Made by a program: the position numbers and the translations under genes. A stretch of DNA of 64,000 nucleotides from Actinobacteria bacterium UBA7524 (GTDB taxonomy: Bacteria > Actinomycetota > Coriobacteriia > Anaerosomatales > UBA912), in contig DLMY01000020.1 in the NCBI GenBank assembly GCA_002478275.1, positions 13,727-77,726 of the forward strand, given 5' to 3'. Every line of letters starts with the position of its first letter. The stretch's first letter is position 1. The notes under the pieces are model-generated. The model saw nothing but the letters and a program-made list of their open reading frames with translations, was not told the origin of the DNA and did not search any database. Below are positions 39,411 through 48,057 of this stretch, piece after piece.

Positions 39411-40333
39411 GGGATCCGGCCAAGCGCCTTTGGCTGACGGCAGCGCTCATAGGAGTGGCGGTCGTCTGGGGCGGCACGTTCGTCATGGTCAAGGACGCAG
39501 TGGCGTCCTACCCGCTCTACTCCTTCCTGGGCTGGCGCTTCTCAGTCGCGGTCCTTGCGTTCGTGCTCATCTTTCCCCGCACTCTGTTGCGCCTCGACCG
39601 CCGCACGGTCGCCGTTGGCGTCCTGGCCGGACTGTTCCTGTGTGCGGGCTACATCTTCCAGACGTGGGGTCTGCAAGGCACGACCGCCAGCAAGGCAGCG
39701 TTCATCACCGGCATGTTCGTGGTCATCACGCCACTCATGCAGGCGGTTGTACTGCGCAGGATGCCTCGTGCGGCGACGGCCGGCGGCGCGGCCATCGCGG
39801 TCGTGGGGTTGTGGTTGCTCTCCGGCGGGGCCGCAGGTGGGTGGAATGCCGGCGATACACGCGTGTTCCTGTGTGCGGTCGCCTATTCCGCGCACATGAT
39901 AGTGCTGGGCAGTCTGGGCAAGAAGCACGACGTCTTGCCGCTTACTCTCGTGCAGCTCGTGACGACAGCCGTGTTCTGCTCGGCGATAGCTCTGATGGTC
40001 GAACCCTTCGCCGCCCCGAGCACCGCTTCGGTGTGGGCGGCCGTCCTGGTGACCGGAGTCCTCGCCTCCGCCGTCGCCTTCGCGGTGCAGACTCTCGCTC
40101 AGCAACACATCTCGCCTTCGCGCACTGCCCTCATACTGACCAGCGAACCAGCGTTCGGAGGGCTGTTCGGGTGGATGGCCGGTGACGTCCTGGGGCTTCG
40201 CGGCCTTGCGGGCGCAGGGCTGATCCTTGCGGGGATGGTTCTGGCGGAGGCGGTCGCTGCGCGATCTGCCGAGGAGCCCCTGGTCCACGAGCCTGCGCTT
40301 GAGGGGCCCAGTGTAGCGATGCTCGACGAATAG
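39407..40333 (+). CDS. EamA/DMT-family transporter
   Basis: It has ten hydrophobic segments and two EamA-like halves. GTG 39407 overlaps the rsfS stop. Confidence 0.8.
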   Translation: MRDPAKRLWLTAALIGVAVVWGGTFVMVKDAVASYPLYSFLGWRFSVAVLAFVLIFPRTLLRLDRRTVAVGVLAGLFLCAGYIFQTWGLQGTTASKAAFITGMFVVITPLMQAVVLRRMPRAATAGGAAIAVVGLWLLSGGAAGGWNAGDTRVFLCAVAYSAHMIVLGSLGKKHDVLPLTLVQLVTTAVFCSAIALMVEPFAAPSTASVWAAVLVTGVLASAVAFAVQTLAQQHISPSRTALILTSEPAFGGLFGWMAGDVLGLRGLAGAGLILAGMVLAEAVAARSAEEPLVHEPALEGPSVAMLDE

Positions 40334-40335
40334 GT

Positions 40336-40365
40336 GAGGCCGCGGCGAATGCTCGCCGCGGCCTC
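40336..40365. terminator. Bidirectional terminator hairpin
   Basis: GAGGCCGCGGCGA-ATGC-TCGCCGCGGCCTC forms a 13-bp perfect stem between convergent stops (40333 on + and 40407 on -). Confidence 0.65.
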
Positions 40366-40406
40366 GGTATCCACTCTCAGGTGGCCAACTGATCGTCAGG
40401 GATGTA

Positions 40407-42008
40407 TCAGCGGACAACCTTCGTCACGGCGGTCCGAGAGTTGTTGCTCAGGTCCTTGTCGTTGCCAGCGCTCACTGTGGCTGTCCACGTGATGTCACCG
40501 GTTCTCGCGGGTGCTGTCCAGTTCCACGTGTAGGTCTGTTCGGTCGAGTTGCTTGGCGTTGTGAATGCGGTGGTGTACTCGTCGACGACCGCACCGGCTT
40601 TGTTCCTGCCCACGAGGGTCAGGGTGCCAGTGGCCGCACCGGACAGGTTGTTCTTGATGCGGACCGAGATGTTCGACGAGGCGCCCATCTTGATCTGGGA
40701 AGGCACGTTCACCGCGGTGACCGTGACGTCGTTCCACGACACCGGATCGGCCGGGATGCCGACGTTGTCATACTCGATGATCAGCGAGGCGTCGTAGAGC
40801 GGGGTGCCCTTGTAGTCACCCTTGATGTAGAGGCTCAGGTCGAAGTCGTTGGTGAGCTTGACGAAGTTCTCATCGGACAGACCGTCGCCGTCCTCGTCGA
40901 GGTATGCCATCCAGTTCTTGCTTTCGAGAAGCGGTGAAGGTACGGGTTCCCCGGTGATTTCGTCCAACATCGGCGCAAGAAGGTCGATATCGGTGAACGA
41001 GAGCTCGCCGACCGTGTACTGTGGGATCTCAACGCCAGGCAGGTCCTGGCCGTAAGCTCCTGCCTTCAGGCGCCAGCGCGGGTTCGGTCCTGCGAAGGGG
41101 TCACGGTCGAGCGACGTGTACCAGGCGTTGGTGTACTCGCCCGCAGCGTCGCGCAGGATGGTGCCGGCTGGAATGAAGTGGCCGTCACCTTCGAATGCGT
41201 CGACGGCGGACAGCCAACGCCCGTCAGATGCGACGGTGTAACGGGGCAGGATGCCCGTGGCGCCATGGTTGCCGAAGTCCTCCGGCCGAATCTGGTCGTT
41301 GGGGCTACCGGTGATGTTGTGCGTGATGACGAGGCGAGCGGACGTGACCTTGTAGTTCGCGTTCGGCTGCTTCCACTCCGCAGGCAGTGGGATCTTCGCG
41401 TAGAGCCGGATGTCGGTCGGCTTCTTGGCGTAGTTACCCCACTTGTACAGCAGTCCGTCATCCTTGACTTTGATGGTGTAGTCGACACCCTCGACGAGGG
41501 TCGGCATCCAGGGTGCGTTCAGGACGTGGTCCATGACTACGTAGTGCTCGGTGCTGGCCTTGACCATGTTCGAGCCGAGTCCACCGAGCCACTCGCCCTT
41601 GAGAGCGCCCGTCTTCCACTTCGGAGTCTCGGGGGTCTTGGGCTTGACGCCTATGACGTTGCCAGCCTCGTCGAATATATTGGCGACCCAGCCCTCCTGG
41701 TATTTCCCGTCGAGCGGACGCGCCACCGCTTCGCCACCGAAGTCGCTGCCGTCGTAGCCATAGATCGAGTCGATGGCGTAGTAGGTCAGCCCGTCCTTGG
41801 CGTCCTTCTGACCCTTCTGCAGGTCCAGGCAGGCGGTGCCATAGTAGGTGCCGCTCCCGTCACCCTGGACGTCGTTGATTGAGAACACGTGCTTGGGCGC
41901 CATGTACTTGACGGTGGCCGCCTGTGCGACAGCAGGCGCGAAAACCATACTTGATAGAACGATCACGCAGCTCATCGCGGCGCGCGTCGATCGTGAGAGT
42001 ACGTTCAT
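40407..42008 (-). CDS. Secreted hypothetical protein with C-terminal CARDB/Ig-like domain
   Basis: ATG 42008 follows GGAGGA. It has a signal peptide (CVIVLSSMVFAPAVAQA/A), a Ca-binding-like DEDGDGLSDEN, and a C-terminal beta-sandwich-like segment (VTAVNVPSQIKMGASSNISVRIKNN...). I recognise no catalytic motif. Confidence 0.7.
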   Translation of the reverse strand: MNVLSRSTRAAMSCVIVLSSMVFAPAVAQAATVKYMAPKHVFSINDVQGDGSGTYYGTACLDLQKGQKDAKDGLTYYAIDSIYGYDGSDFGGEAVARPLDGKYQEGWVANIFDEAGNVIGVKPKTPETPKWKTGALKGEWLGGLGSNMVKASTEHYVVMDHVLNAPWMPTLVEGVDYTIKVKDDGLLYKWGNYAKKPTDIRLYAKIPLPAEWKQPNANYKVTSARLVITHNITGSPNDQIRPEDFGNHGATGILPRYTVASDGRWLSAVDAFEGDGHFIPAGTILRDAAGEYTNAWYTSLDRDPFAGPNPRWRLKAGAYGQDLPGVEIPQYTVGELSFTDIDLLAPMLDEITGEPVPSPLLESKNWMAYLDEDGDGLSDENFVKLTNDFDLSLYIKGDYKGTPLYDASLIIEYDNVGIPADPVSWNDVTVTAVNVPSQIKMGASSNISVRIKNNLSGAATGTLTLVGRNKAGAVVDEYTTAFTTPSNSTEQTYTWNWTAPARTGDITWTATVSAGNDKDLSNNSRTAVTKVVR

Positions 42009-42393
42009 CGAGGAATCCTCCAGTCCCAGATTGACAGAACACACGAAATTCCCACCCCGTGCCTGCATTCACCCCCTGCTGCACATCGGTTCGCCACATG
42101 CGCATGAAGCTGCGCGTGATGTCGGGGAGCGATGGATGTGCTTGCGATTGCCGGTGTGCCGTCCCCGAATGTGTGACGAACATCACACTGATTCACGGAA
42201 TGCTAACACCGGTTAAGCGCCTGGCCTTGTAAGAGGACGTGACGAATAGGCCAAATGGTGAGTGGAGAGGATGGATTGTGCAGTTCGTGAAGGATTCACA
42301 GTTAGGAAGGCCCAGGGATGGGAAACGGCGGTACGCGTGTTCGGGGTACACACCGACTGAACCCGGGATGGGCACTGTCGTCCGCAGGATGCG

Positions 42394-42421
42394 TTGACGC
42401 GAGAGCGCAGGTTGCTATACT
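42394..42421 (+). promoter_or_regulatory. Candidate promoter of tRNA-Ala
   Basis: TTGACG (42394-42399), a 16-nt spacer, then TATACT (42416-42421), about 30 nt upstream of the tRNA 5' end. Confidence 0.55.
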
Positions 42422-42451
42422 ACCGCTTGTCGCTCTGAAGGGGCGATTCGT

Positions 42452-42527
42452 GGGGCCTTAGCTCAGCTGGGAGAGCGCATGGCTGGCAGCCATGAGGTCA
42501 GGGGTTCGATCCCCCTAGGCTCCACCA
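42452..42527 (+). tRNA. tRNA-Ala (anticodon GGC), CCA-encoded
   Basis: It folds into a cloverleaf: acceptor GGGGCCT/AGGCTCC with the G3:U70 alanine identity pair, anticodon loop CTGGCAG and T-loop TTCGATC. Confidence 0.93.
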
Positions 42528-42540
42528 ACCGCATCTCACG

Positions 42541-42573
42541 ACGCCCGCCGCACCTGGCGGGCGTTTTGTCGTT
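42541..42573 (+). terminator. Rho-independent terminator after tRNA-Ala
   Basis: ACGCCCGCC-GCACCT-GGCGGGCGT forms a 9-bp stem, followed by TTTTGTCGTT. Confidence 0.75.
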
Positions 42574-42706
42574 GCTGCACGCGCAAACGCCCCGCGCGAA
42601 CGCTTGGCCGATCGATCCACACACGCGCGCACATGACGCGCGCGCAGGGGTACACTCTCCGAGAGTCCCGAGTCGAACAGCCGCCGCCTGAGAGGGGAGC
42701 CCCGAC

Positions 42707-43678
42707 GTGCCGTCCACCGTCATCCGCTGCGAGTCACTCGCCAAGTTCTACGGCAAGAATCGCGGAGTCGAGGACCTGACCTTCGAGGTTCGCCCCGGGC
42801 AGGTCTACGGGTTTCTCGGCCCGAATGGTGCGGGGAAGACGACCACGATCCGCTGTCTTCTGTCGATGCTTCGGCCCACTTCGGGCGATGCGTATCTGTT
42901 CGATGAGAAGGTCGGCGTCGACGGGCGAGCGCTTCGGGGGCGCATCGGTTACGTGCCGGGTGATGTGAAGCTGTTCGAGCGACAGACCGGGCGCTGGATA
43001 CTGGATTACGTGGCGGGTCTGCGCGGGTCGCGCGGTCCGCTGGAGGCCGAGGTCTGCGAACGGCTGGAATTCGACCCGAACCGTCGGGTCAAGGAGCTTT
43101 CGAAGGGAAACAAGCAGAAGCTCGCCTTGGTGATCTCGCTCATGCACGATCCCGAGCTGCTGATCTTGGACGAGCCGACCAGCGGGCTCGACCCCCTTAA
43201 CCAACAGGTCGTCTTCGACATACTCGAAGAACGCGTGCGCGACGGCGCGACGGTGTTCCTGAGCAGCCACATCCTGTCTGAGGTGGAGCGGGTCTGCGAA
43301 CGGGTGGCGATCATCCGGCAGGGCAGGGTGGTCGCCGAGGAATCCGTCGAGACACTCCTGTCCCGCGCCATACGTAAGGTCGAGGCGACGTACGCAGAGG
43401 ACCTGCCTCAGGCGTTCCTCGACAGTCTGGCGGGACTCGCTTCCGTCGAACTCGTGGGCACTAACGGGCTTCGTGCCACGGTCGCCGAGGATATCGACGG
43501 GGCGCTTCGGGCGCTTCTGGGCAGGACGGTCAAGGACTTCACGGTGGAGCATGCCTCGCTCGAAGAGGTGTTCCTGCAGTACTACGGGCACGGTGAGAGT
43601 GGCGCCGACCGTGAGGCGGGAGAGAACGACGGTGACGTCGCCGGGTCTGCTGCGGGCGAAGAAGGGGGTGCGCGATGA
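42707..43678 (+). CDS. ABC transporter ATP-binding protein
   Basis: GTG follows GAGAGGGGAG. It has Walker A (GPNGAGKTT), the signature LSKGNKQK and Walker B (LLILDEPTSGLD). Confidence 0.9.
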   Translation: MPSTVIRCESLAKFYGKNRGVEDLTFEVRPGQVYGFLGPNGAGKTTTIRCLLSMLRPTSGDAYLFDEKVGVDGRALRGRIGYVPGDVKLFERQTGRWILDYVAGLRGSRGPLEAEVCERLEFDPNRRVKELSKGNKQKLALVISLMHDPELLILDEPTSGLDPLNQQVVFDILEERVRDGATVFLSSHILSEVERVCERVAIIRQGRVVAEESVETLLSRAIRKVEATYAEDLPQAFLDSLAGLASVELVGTNGLRATVAEDIDGALRALLGRTVKDFTVEHASLEEVFLQYYGHGESGADREAGENDGDVAGSAAGEEGGAR

Positions 43679-44478
43679 GCTGGACCGTCTTCAAGTCATC
43701 GCTGCAGCTCAGGCGCACCGCGCTTCTCTGGTACTCGATCGGGATCACCGCCTACGGGTGGATGATCGTGGCGTTCTACCCTTTGATGGAGGAGAACCTC
43801 GACTATATGGAAGCGGTCGAGGCCATGTTCAGCGAGGAGCTGCTCGCTGTCTTTGGCGGTGCGGGACTGGACTTCGCGACGATCGGCGGGTTCCTGGGTG
43901 TCGAGTACCTGAGTCTGATGTGGGTGTTCATCATCGGCGCGGCCGTGATCACGTTCGCTGCGAGTGCGCTGGGCGGGTCGGTCGATGATGGGACGATGGA
44001 GCTCACGCTCGCCCAGCCGGTCTCGCGTCTGCAAGTCGTGCTCTCGCGCTACGCTGCGCTTGCGGTCTACGCGGCCCTGCTGAACTTCGTGACGGCTGCG
44101 ACTCTATATCTGCCTGGCTTGTTGCACGACGTCGACATCCCGCTTGATGCTGCGGCGCTGCTGGCGGCTATCGGTTGGGTGATGTCGATGGCGATCGGCG
44201 GGTTCGCCTACGCGGTATCGGCTTTCTCCTCGGGCTCCGGACGTGCTGTCGCGGCCAGTCTTGGCGCGATCGCTGCGATGTGGCTTACCGATATCCTCGG
44301 CAACATCTCGGAGAAGTTCGACTGGCTGACCGATGTCTCGATGTTCCATTACTGGAAGCCCAACGAGGTATTCGACAGTCTGCACGTCGCATCGGAGAGC
44401 TGGGCGGTGTTCGGGGTGGCTGCTGTGGTGTTCTTCGCCGTGGCAGTGATCGGCTTCATGCGCCGCGACGTCGTCTGA
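43675..44478 (+). CDS. ABC-2-type transporter permease
   Basis: It has six hydrophobic segments, and ATGA overlaps the ATPase gene. Confidence 0.75.
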   Translation: MSWTVFKSSLQLRRTALLWYSIGITAYGWMIVAFYPLMEENLDYMEAVEAMFSEELLAVFGGAGLDFATIGGFLGVEYLSLMWVFIIGAAVITFAASALGGSVDDGTMELTLAQPVSRLQVVLSRYAALAVYAALLNFVTAATLYLPGLLHDVDIPLDAAALLAAIGWVMSMAIGGFAYAVSAFSSGSGRAVAASLGAIAAMWLTDILGNISEKFDWLTDVSMFHYWKPNEVFDSLHVASESWAVFGVAAVVFFAVAVIGFMRRDVV

Positions 44479-44591
44479 GGCGGGTGCGGGCGGAGGGCGA
44501 CCTGCGTGAGGGCGGCCGGTTCCGCGTCAGGCACTCCTCGGCTAGAATCGCAAGGTACCGAATCGAAGCGCCAGATGGAGGCCGATCCGAC

Positions 44592-47132
44592 GTGTCAGAC
44601 AACGTGTCCGCCAAGTACGAGCCGCTGCAGATCGAGCCGAAGTGGCAAAGCGTGTGGGAGCAGGCCGGCCTGAACAAGGTCGACGAGGACCCCGCCAAAC
44701 CCAAGTACTACGTGCTCGAGATGTTCCCGTACCCCAGTGGCGACATCCACATGGGCCACGTGCGCAACTACACCATCGGCGATGTCGTGGCCAGGCACCT
44801 GGCGATGCGCGGCTACAGCGTGCTGCATCCGATGGGGTGGGACGCGTTCGGGCTGCCGGCGGAGAACGCCGCGATCAAGGGCAACACGCATCCGGCGACG
44901 TGGACGCATGCGAACATCGACAAGCAGAAGGCCAGCCTCGCGCGGATGGGCTTCAGCTACGACTGGGACCGCACGGTGGTCACGTGCGACGAGGACTACT
45001 ACCGCTGGGGCCAGTGGATCTTCCTGAAGTTCTGGGAGCGCGGGCTGGTCGAGCGCAAGATGTCGCCGGTCAACTGGTGCCCGGGCTGCAAGACGGTGCT
45101 CGCCAACGAGCAGGTGCTGGGTGACGGGGAGTGCTGGCGCTGCAAGAGCATCGTCGAGAAGCGCGACCTGGAGCAGTGGTACTTCAAGATCACCGAGTAT
45201 GCACAAGAGCTCCTCGATTCGCTCGACGAGATGCCGGGATGGCCGGAGCGCGTCAAGACGATGCAGGCGAACTGGATCGGCCGCTCCGAGGGTGCCGAGG
45301 TGGACTTCGTGCTGTGCGGTGCCGATGGCGAGCCGACCGATGAGCGCATCACCGTGTTCACGACGCGCCCCGACACGCTGTTCGGCTGCACGTTCTTCCT
45401 GCTCGCGCCGGAGCATCCGCTCGTGCACGAGCTGGTGCACGGCACGCCGTATGCGGCCGACGTGATGACTGTGGTGCGCGCGGCGGAGCGCGAGAGTGCG
45501 GTGGAGCGCTCGATGGGCGAGCGCGAGAAGCATGGCGCGTTCACTGGCCGCTACGTCATCAACCCCGTCAACGGCGAGAAGGTGCCGGTGTGGGTCGCCG
45601 ACTACGTGCTCATGGAGTACGGGACCGGCGCGGTCATGGCGGTTCCCTGCGGCGATCAGCGCGACTTCGAATTCGCGCGCGCCTACGGTCTGCCGATCCC
45701 GCCCGTGGTCGTGCCTGAAGACGACCCGCTCGCCGACAAGCTGCGCAACACGCCCGAGCGCGTGCTCGACGACGTGACGTGGGAGTGCGCGTACGACGGC
45801 CCCGGCATCATGGTGCAATCCGGGCAGTTCACCGGCACGCCGACCGGCAAGGGCGGCGAGGGCGTCACCGCCGTCATCGAGTGGCTCGCCGAGCGCGGGT
45901 TGGGCACAGAGGCGATCAACTTCCGTCTGCGCGACTGGCTGATCAGCCGCCAGCGCTACTGGGGCAACCCGATCCCCGCTATCCACTGCCCGGCGTGCGG
46001 GCTCGTGCCGGTGCCCGAAGCCGAGCTGCCGGTGCGTCTGCCCCAAGACGTCGACATCACCAAGGGCGAGACGCTCGCGGACCATCCGGAGTTCTACGAG
46101 ACGACGTGCCCGAAGTGCGGTGGGGCGGCCGCGCGCGAGACCGATACGATGGATACGTTCACTTGCTCCTCGTGGTACTACCTGCGCTATTGTGACGCGC
46201 GCAACGCCGAGGAGATCTGGGACACCGACAAGGCCGCCTACTGGATGCCGGTCGACCAGTACATCGGCGGCATCGAGCACGCTATCCTGCACCTGCTCTA
46301 CTCGCGCTTCTTCACGAAGGTCTTCCGCGACATGGGCCTGCTCGCACACGGCGAGCCGTTCACGAACCTGCTGACCCAGGGCATGGTCAAGCTCGACGGC
46401 CACACCATGTCGAAGTCGCGCGGCAACGTCGTGGCGCCCGAGGACATCATCGCGAAGTACGGCGCGGACACGCTTCGTGCGTTCATCCTGTTCATGGCGC
46501 CGCCCGACAAGGACCTCGATTGGTCATACGAGGGTCTCGACGGGATCTACCGCTGGCTCGCGCGCGTCTGGCGATTCGTGAACGACTCCGCCGAGGAGAG
46601 CGCTTCGGGCAGCGACGCGGTGGCCGGTGGCGATGAGGCGGCCGCCAAGCTCTACCGCGAGATGCACAGGGTGATCGGCAAGGTCACCGATGATGTCGCC
46701 CGTTTCCAGCTCAACACCTCGATCGCCGCGATGATGGAGCTCACCAACTCCGCCTACGAGTACCGAAACGCCGTTCCCGCAGGCGGTCGTGATGTGGCGC
46801 TGCAGCGGGAGGTCGCCTCGGCGCTTGTCCGCATGCTCGCGCCGTACGTACCGCACATGGCCGAGGAGCTCTGGCGCGAAGTGCTCGGCGAGCCCGACTC
46901 CGTCCACCTGCAGGCGTGGCCCGAGTTCGACCCGTCAGCTGTCGTGACGGAGACCATCGATATGGTGGTCCAGGTCAACGGCAAGGTGCGTGGCAAGATC
47001 ACCGTCGCGACCGACGCGCCGCAAGACGAGATCACCGCTGCAGCACTTGCGGCCGTGCCTTCGTGGATCGAGGGCAAAGAGGTCAAGAAGGTCGTCGTGG
47101 TGGCGGGCAAGCTCGTCAGCGTGGTGGTCTAG
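44592..47132 (+). CDS. leuS: Leucyl-tRNA synthetase
   Basis: GTG 44592 follows GGAGG. It has YVLEMFPYPSGDIHMGH (HIGH) and the TMSKSRGN (KMSKS) motif. The longer track ORF would overlap the permease gene. Confidence 0.95.
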   Translation: MSDNVSAKYEPLQIEPKWQSVWEQAGLNKVDEDPAKPKYYVLEMFPYPSGDIHMGHVRNYTIGDVVARHLAMRGYSVLHPMGWDAFGLPAENAAIKGNTHPATWTHANIDKQKASLARMGFSYDWDRTVVTCDEDYYRWGQWIFLKFWERGLVERKMSPVNWCPGCKTVLANEQVLGDGECWRCKSIVEKRDLEQWYFKITEYAQELLDSLDEMPGWPERVKTMQANWIGRSEGAEVDFVLCGADGEPTDERITVFTTRPDTLFGCTFFLLAPEHPLVHELVHGTPYAADVMTVVRAAERESAVERSMGEREKHGAFTGRYVINPVNGEKVPVWVADYVLMEYGTGAVMAVPCGDQRDFEFARAYGLPIPPVVVPEDDPLADKLRNTPERVLDDVTWECAYDGPGIMVQSGQFTGTPTGKGGEGVTAVIEWLAERGLGTEAINFRLRDWLISRQRYWGNPIPAIHCPACGLVPVPEAELPVRLPQDVDITKGETLADHPEFYETTCPKCGGAAARETDTMDTFTCSSWYYLRYCDARNAEEIWDTDKAAYWMPVDQYIGGIEHAILHLLYSRFFTKVFRDMGLLAHGEPFTNLLTQGMVKLDGHTMSKSRGNVVAPEDIIAKYGADTLRAFILFMAPPDKDLDWSYEGLDGIYRWLARVWRFVNDSAEESASGSDAVAGGDEAAAKLYREMHRVIGKVTDDVARFQLNTSIAAMMELTNSAYEYRNAVPAGGRDVALQREVASALVRMLAPYVPHMAEELWREVLGEPDSVHLQAWPEFDPSAVVTETIDMVVQVNGKVRGKITVATDAPQDEITAAALAAVPSWIEGKEVKKVVVVAGKLVSVVV

Positions 47133-47313
47133 CCGCCTCGGCGAGAGCTCCCGAAAAGCGACATACTCCTGGCGTTCAGATGTGGTTTGGACGCCGTTAA
47201 GTGCCGGGTGCTTCACTCTTTCATGCGGCATGCCGGTGTCTGCTGGTATGACCGCACGATCCTGTCGTTGGCGTCGTCCCCTCCGTGCGTCCGCTGAGTC
47301 GGGGGGTATCGTC

Positions 47314-48057
47314 ATGGTCTGGAACGAAGATGACTCGGTACTGACACGCATGGTGCGCAGGGCGGGCCTTTCGGGGGTTCCACCTCGCGTGCTGCTACTG
47401 GTGGCGGTCGCGTGTGTCGCGGTGGTCGTGGTCGCGGCGCTGCGATGGTGGCCTGCGACTGATGCGGCCGGAGCGGGATTCTCGATCGACGAGGAGATCG
47501 CTGTCGATCCTGCTGAGCCTGAAGGCGCCTCAAACGGCGGTGAGAGTACTGTCACCGAGGAGCCGGGCGAGACCGCGCCGGTCGTCGTTCATGTCGCCGG
47601 TGCGGTGATGAGACCGGGGCTGGTGAGTCTGCCCGGTGGCAGCAGGTGCGGTGATGCCGTGGATGCGGTCGGAGGACTGACGGGCAACGCGGCTGCATCG
47701 TCGGTCAATCTTGCGCGGGTTCTCGTCGACGGCGAGCAGATCTACGTTCCCACGCTCGATGAGGTCGCATCGGGAACGTATCCGGGTGGGCCTGCCGGGG
47801 GAGTAGCGTCTGGTGTGGGCGGAGCGCCTACGGGTAGCGCTGGTCCCGCTGGCGCACCTGGCGCGCTCGTCGATCTGAACACCGCAACGGCGCAAGAACT
47901 GGAGGCGTTGCCCGGGATCGGCCCTTCGACGGCGGCCAAGATCATCGCGGACAGGGAGTCGAACGGTGCGTTTCGTAGCGTGGAGGACATCCAGCGCGTC
48001 TCAGGTATCGGCCCCAAGAAGTACGAATCGCTCAAAGAGCTGATCGTGGTGCGCTAG
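47314..48057 (+). CDS. comEA: ComEA-family DNA-binding protein
   Basis: ATG follows GGGGGG. It has a TM, an SLBB-like region and the C-terminal HhH pair LNTATAQELEALPGIGPSTAAKII...VSGIGPKKYESL. Confidence 0.88.
   Translation: MVWNEDDSVLTRMVRRAGLSGVPPRVLLLVAVACVAVVVVAALRWWPATDAAGAGFSIDEEIAVDPAEPEGASNGGESTVTEEPGETAPVVVHVAGAVMRPGLVSLPGGSRCGDAVDAVGGLTGNAAASSVNLARVLVDGEQIYVPTLDEVASGTYPGGPAGGVASGVGGAPTGSAGPAGAPGALVDLNTATAQELEALPGIGPSTAAKIIADRESNGAFRSVEDIQRVSGIGPKKYESLKELIVVR

Noticed and set aside
42193-42375. A 60-aa minus-strand ORF (and other small ORFs) in the long intergenic region upstream of the secreted-protein gene.
   Set aside because: It has no SD, an odd composition and no recognisable peptide family. 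I treat it as non-coding pending transcript or ribosome evidence.
42620-42650. An alternating CGCGCG-rich palindrome (GCGCGCACATGACGCGCGCGC) upstream of the ABC transporter, considered as a regulatory hairpin.
   Set aside because: It is a low-complexity, self-complementary GC repeat that would form by chance in this composition. It has no associated promoter or terminator features.
44175-44591. A 139-codon N-terminal extension of leuS. Similar upstream extensions occur on the track ORFs for rnfD (15365), rnfA (17695), mreB (20932), the radical-SAM gene (27309), yqeK (36808), comEA (46990) and holA (50397).
   Set aside because: The extensions overlap the preceding genes. They lack family-conserved sequence. 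In each case they are followed by an in-frame start with an SD at the position where the conserved N-terminus begins.
44479-44591. A possible T-box or other leader upstream of leuS.
   Set aside because: There are only 113 nt. I could identify no specifier-loop/T-box consensus (AGGGUGGNACCGCG-like) and no terminator/antiterminator pair.
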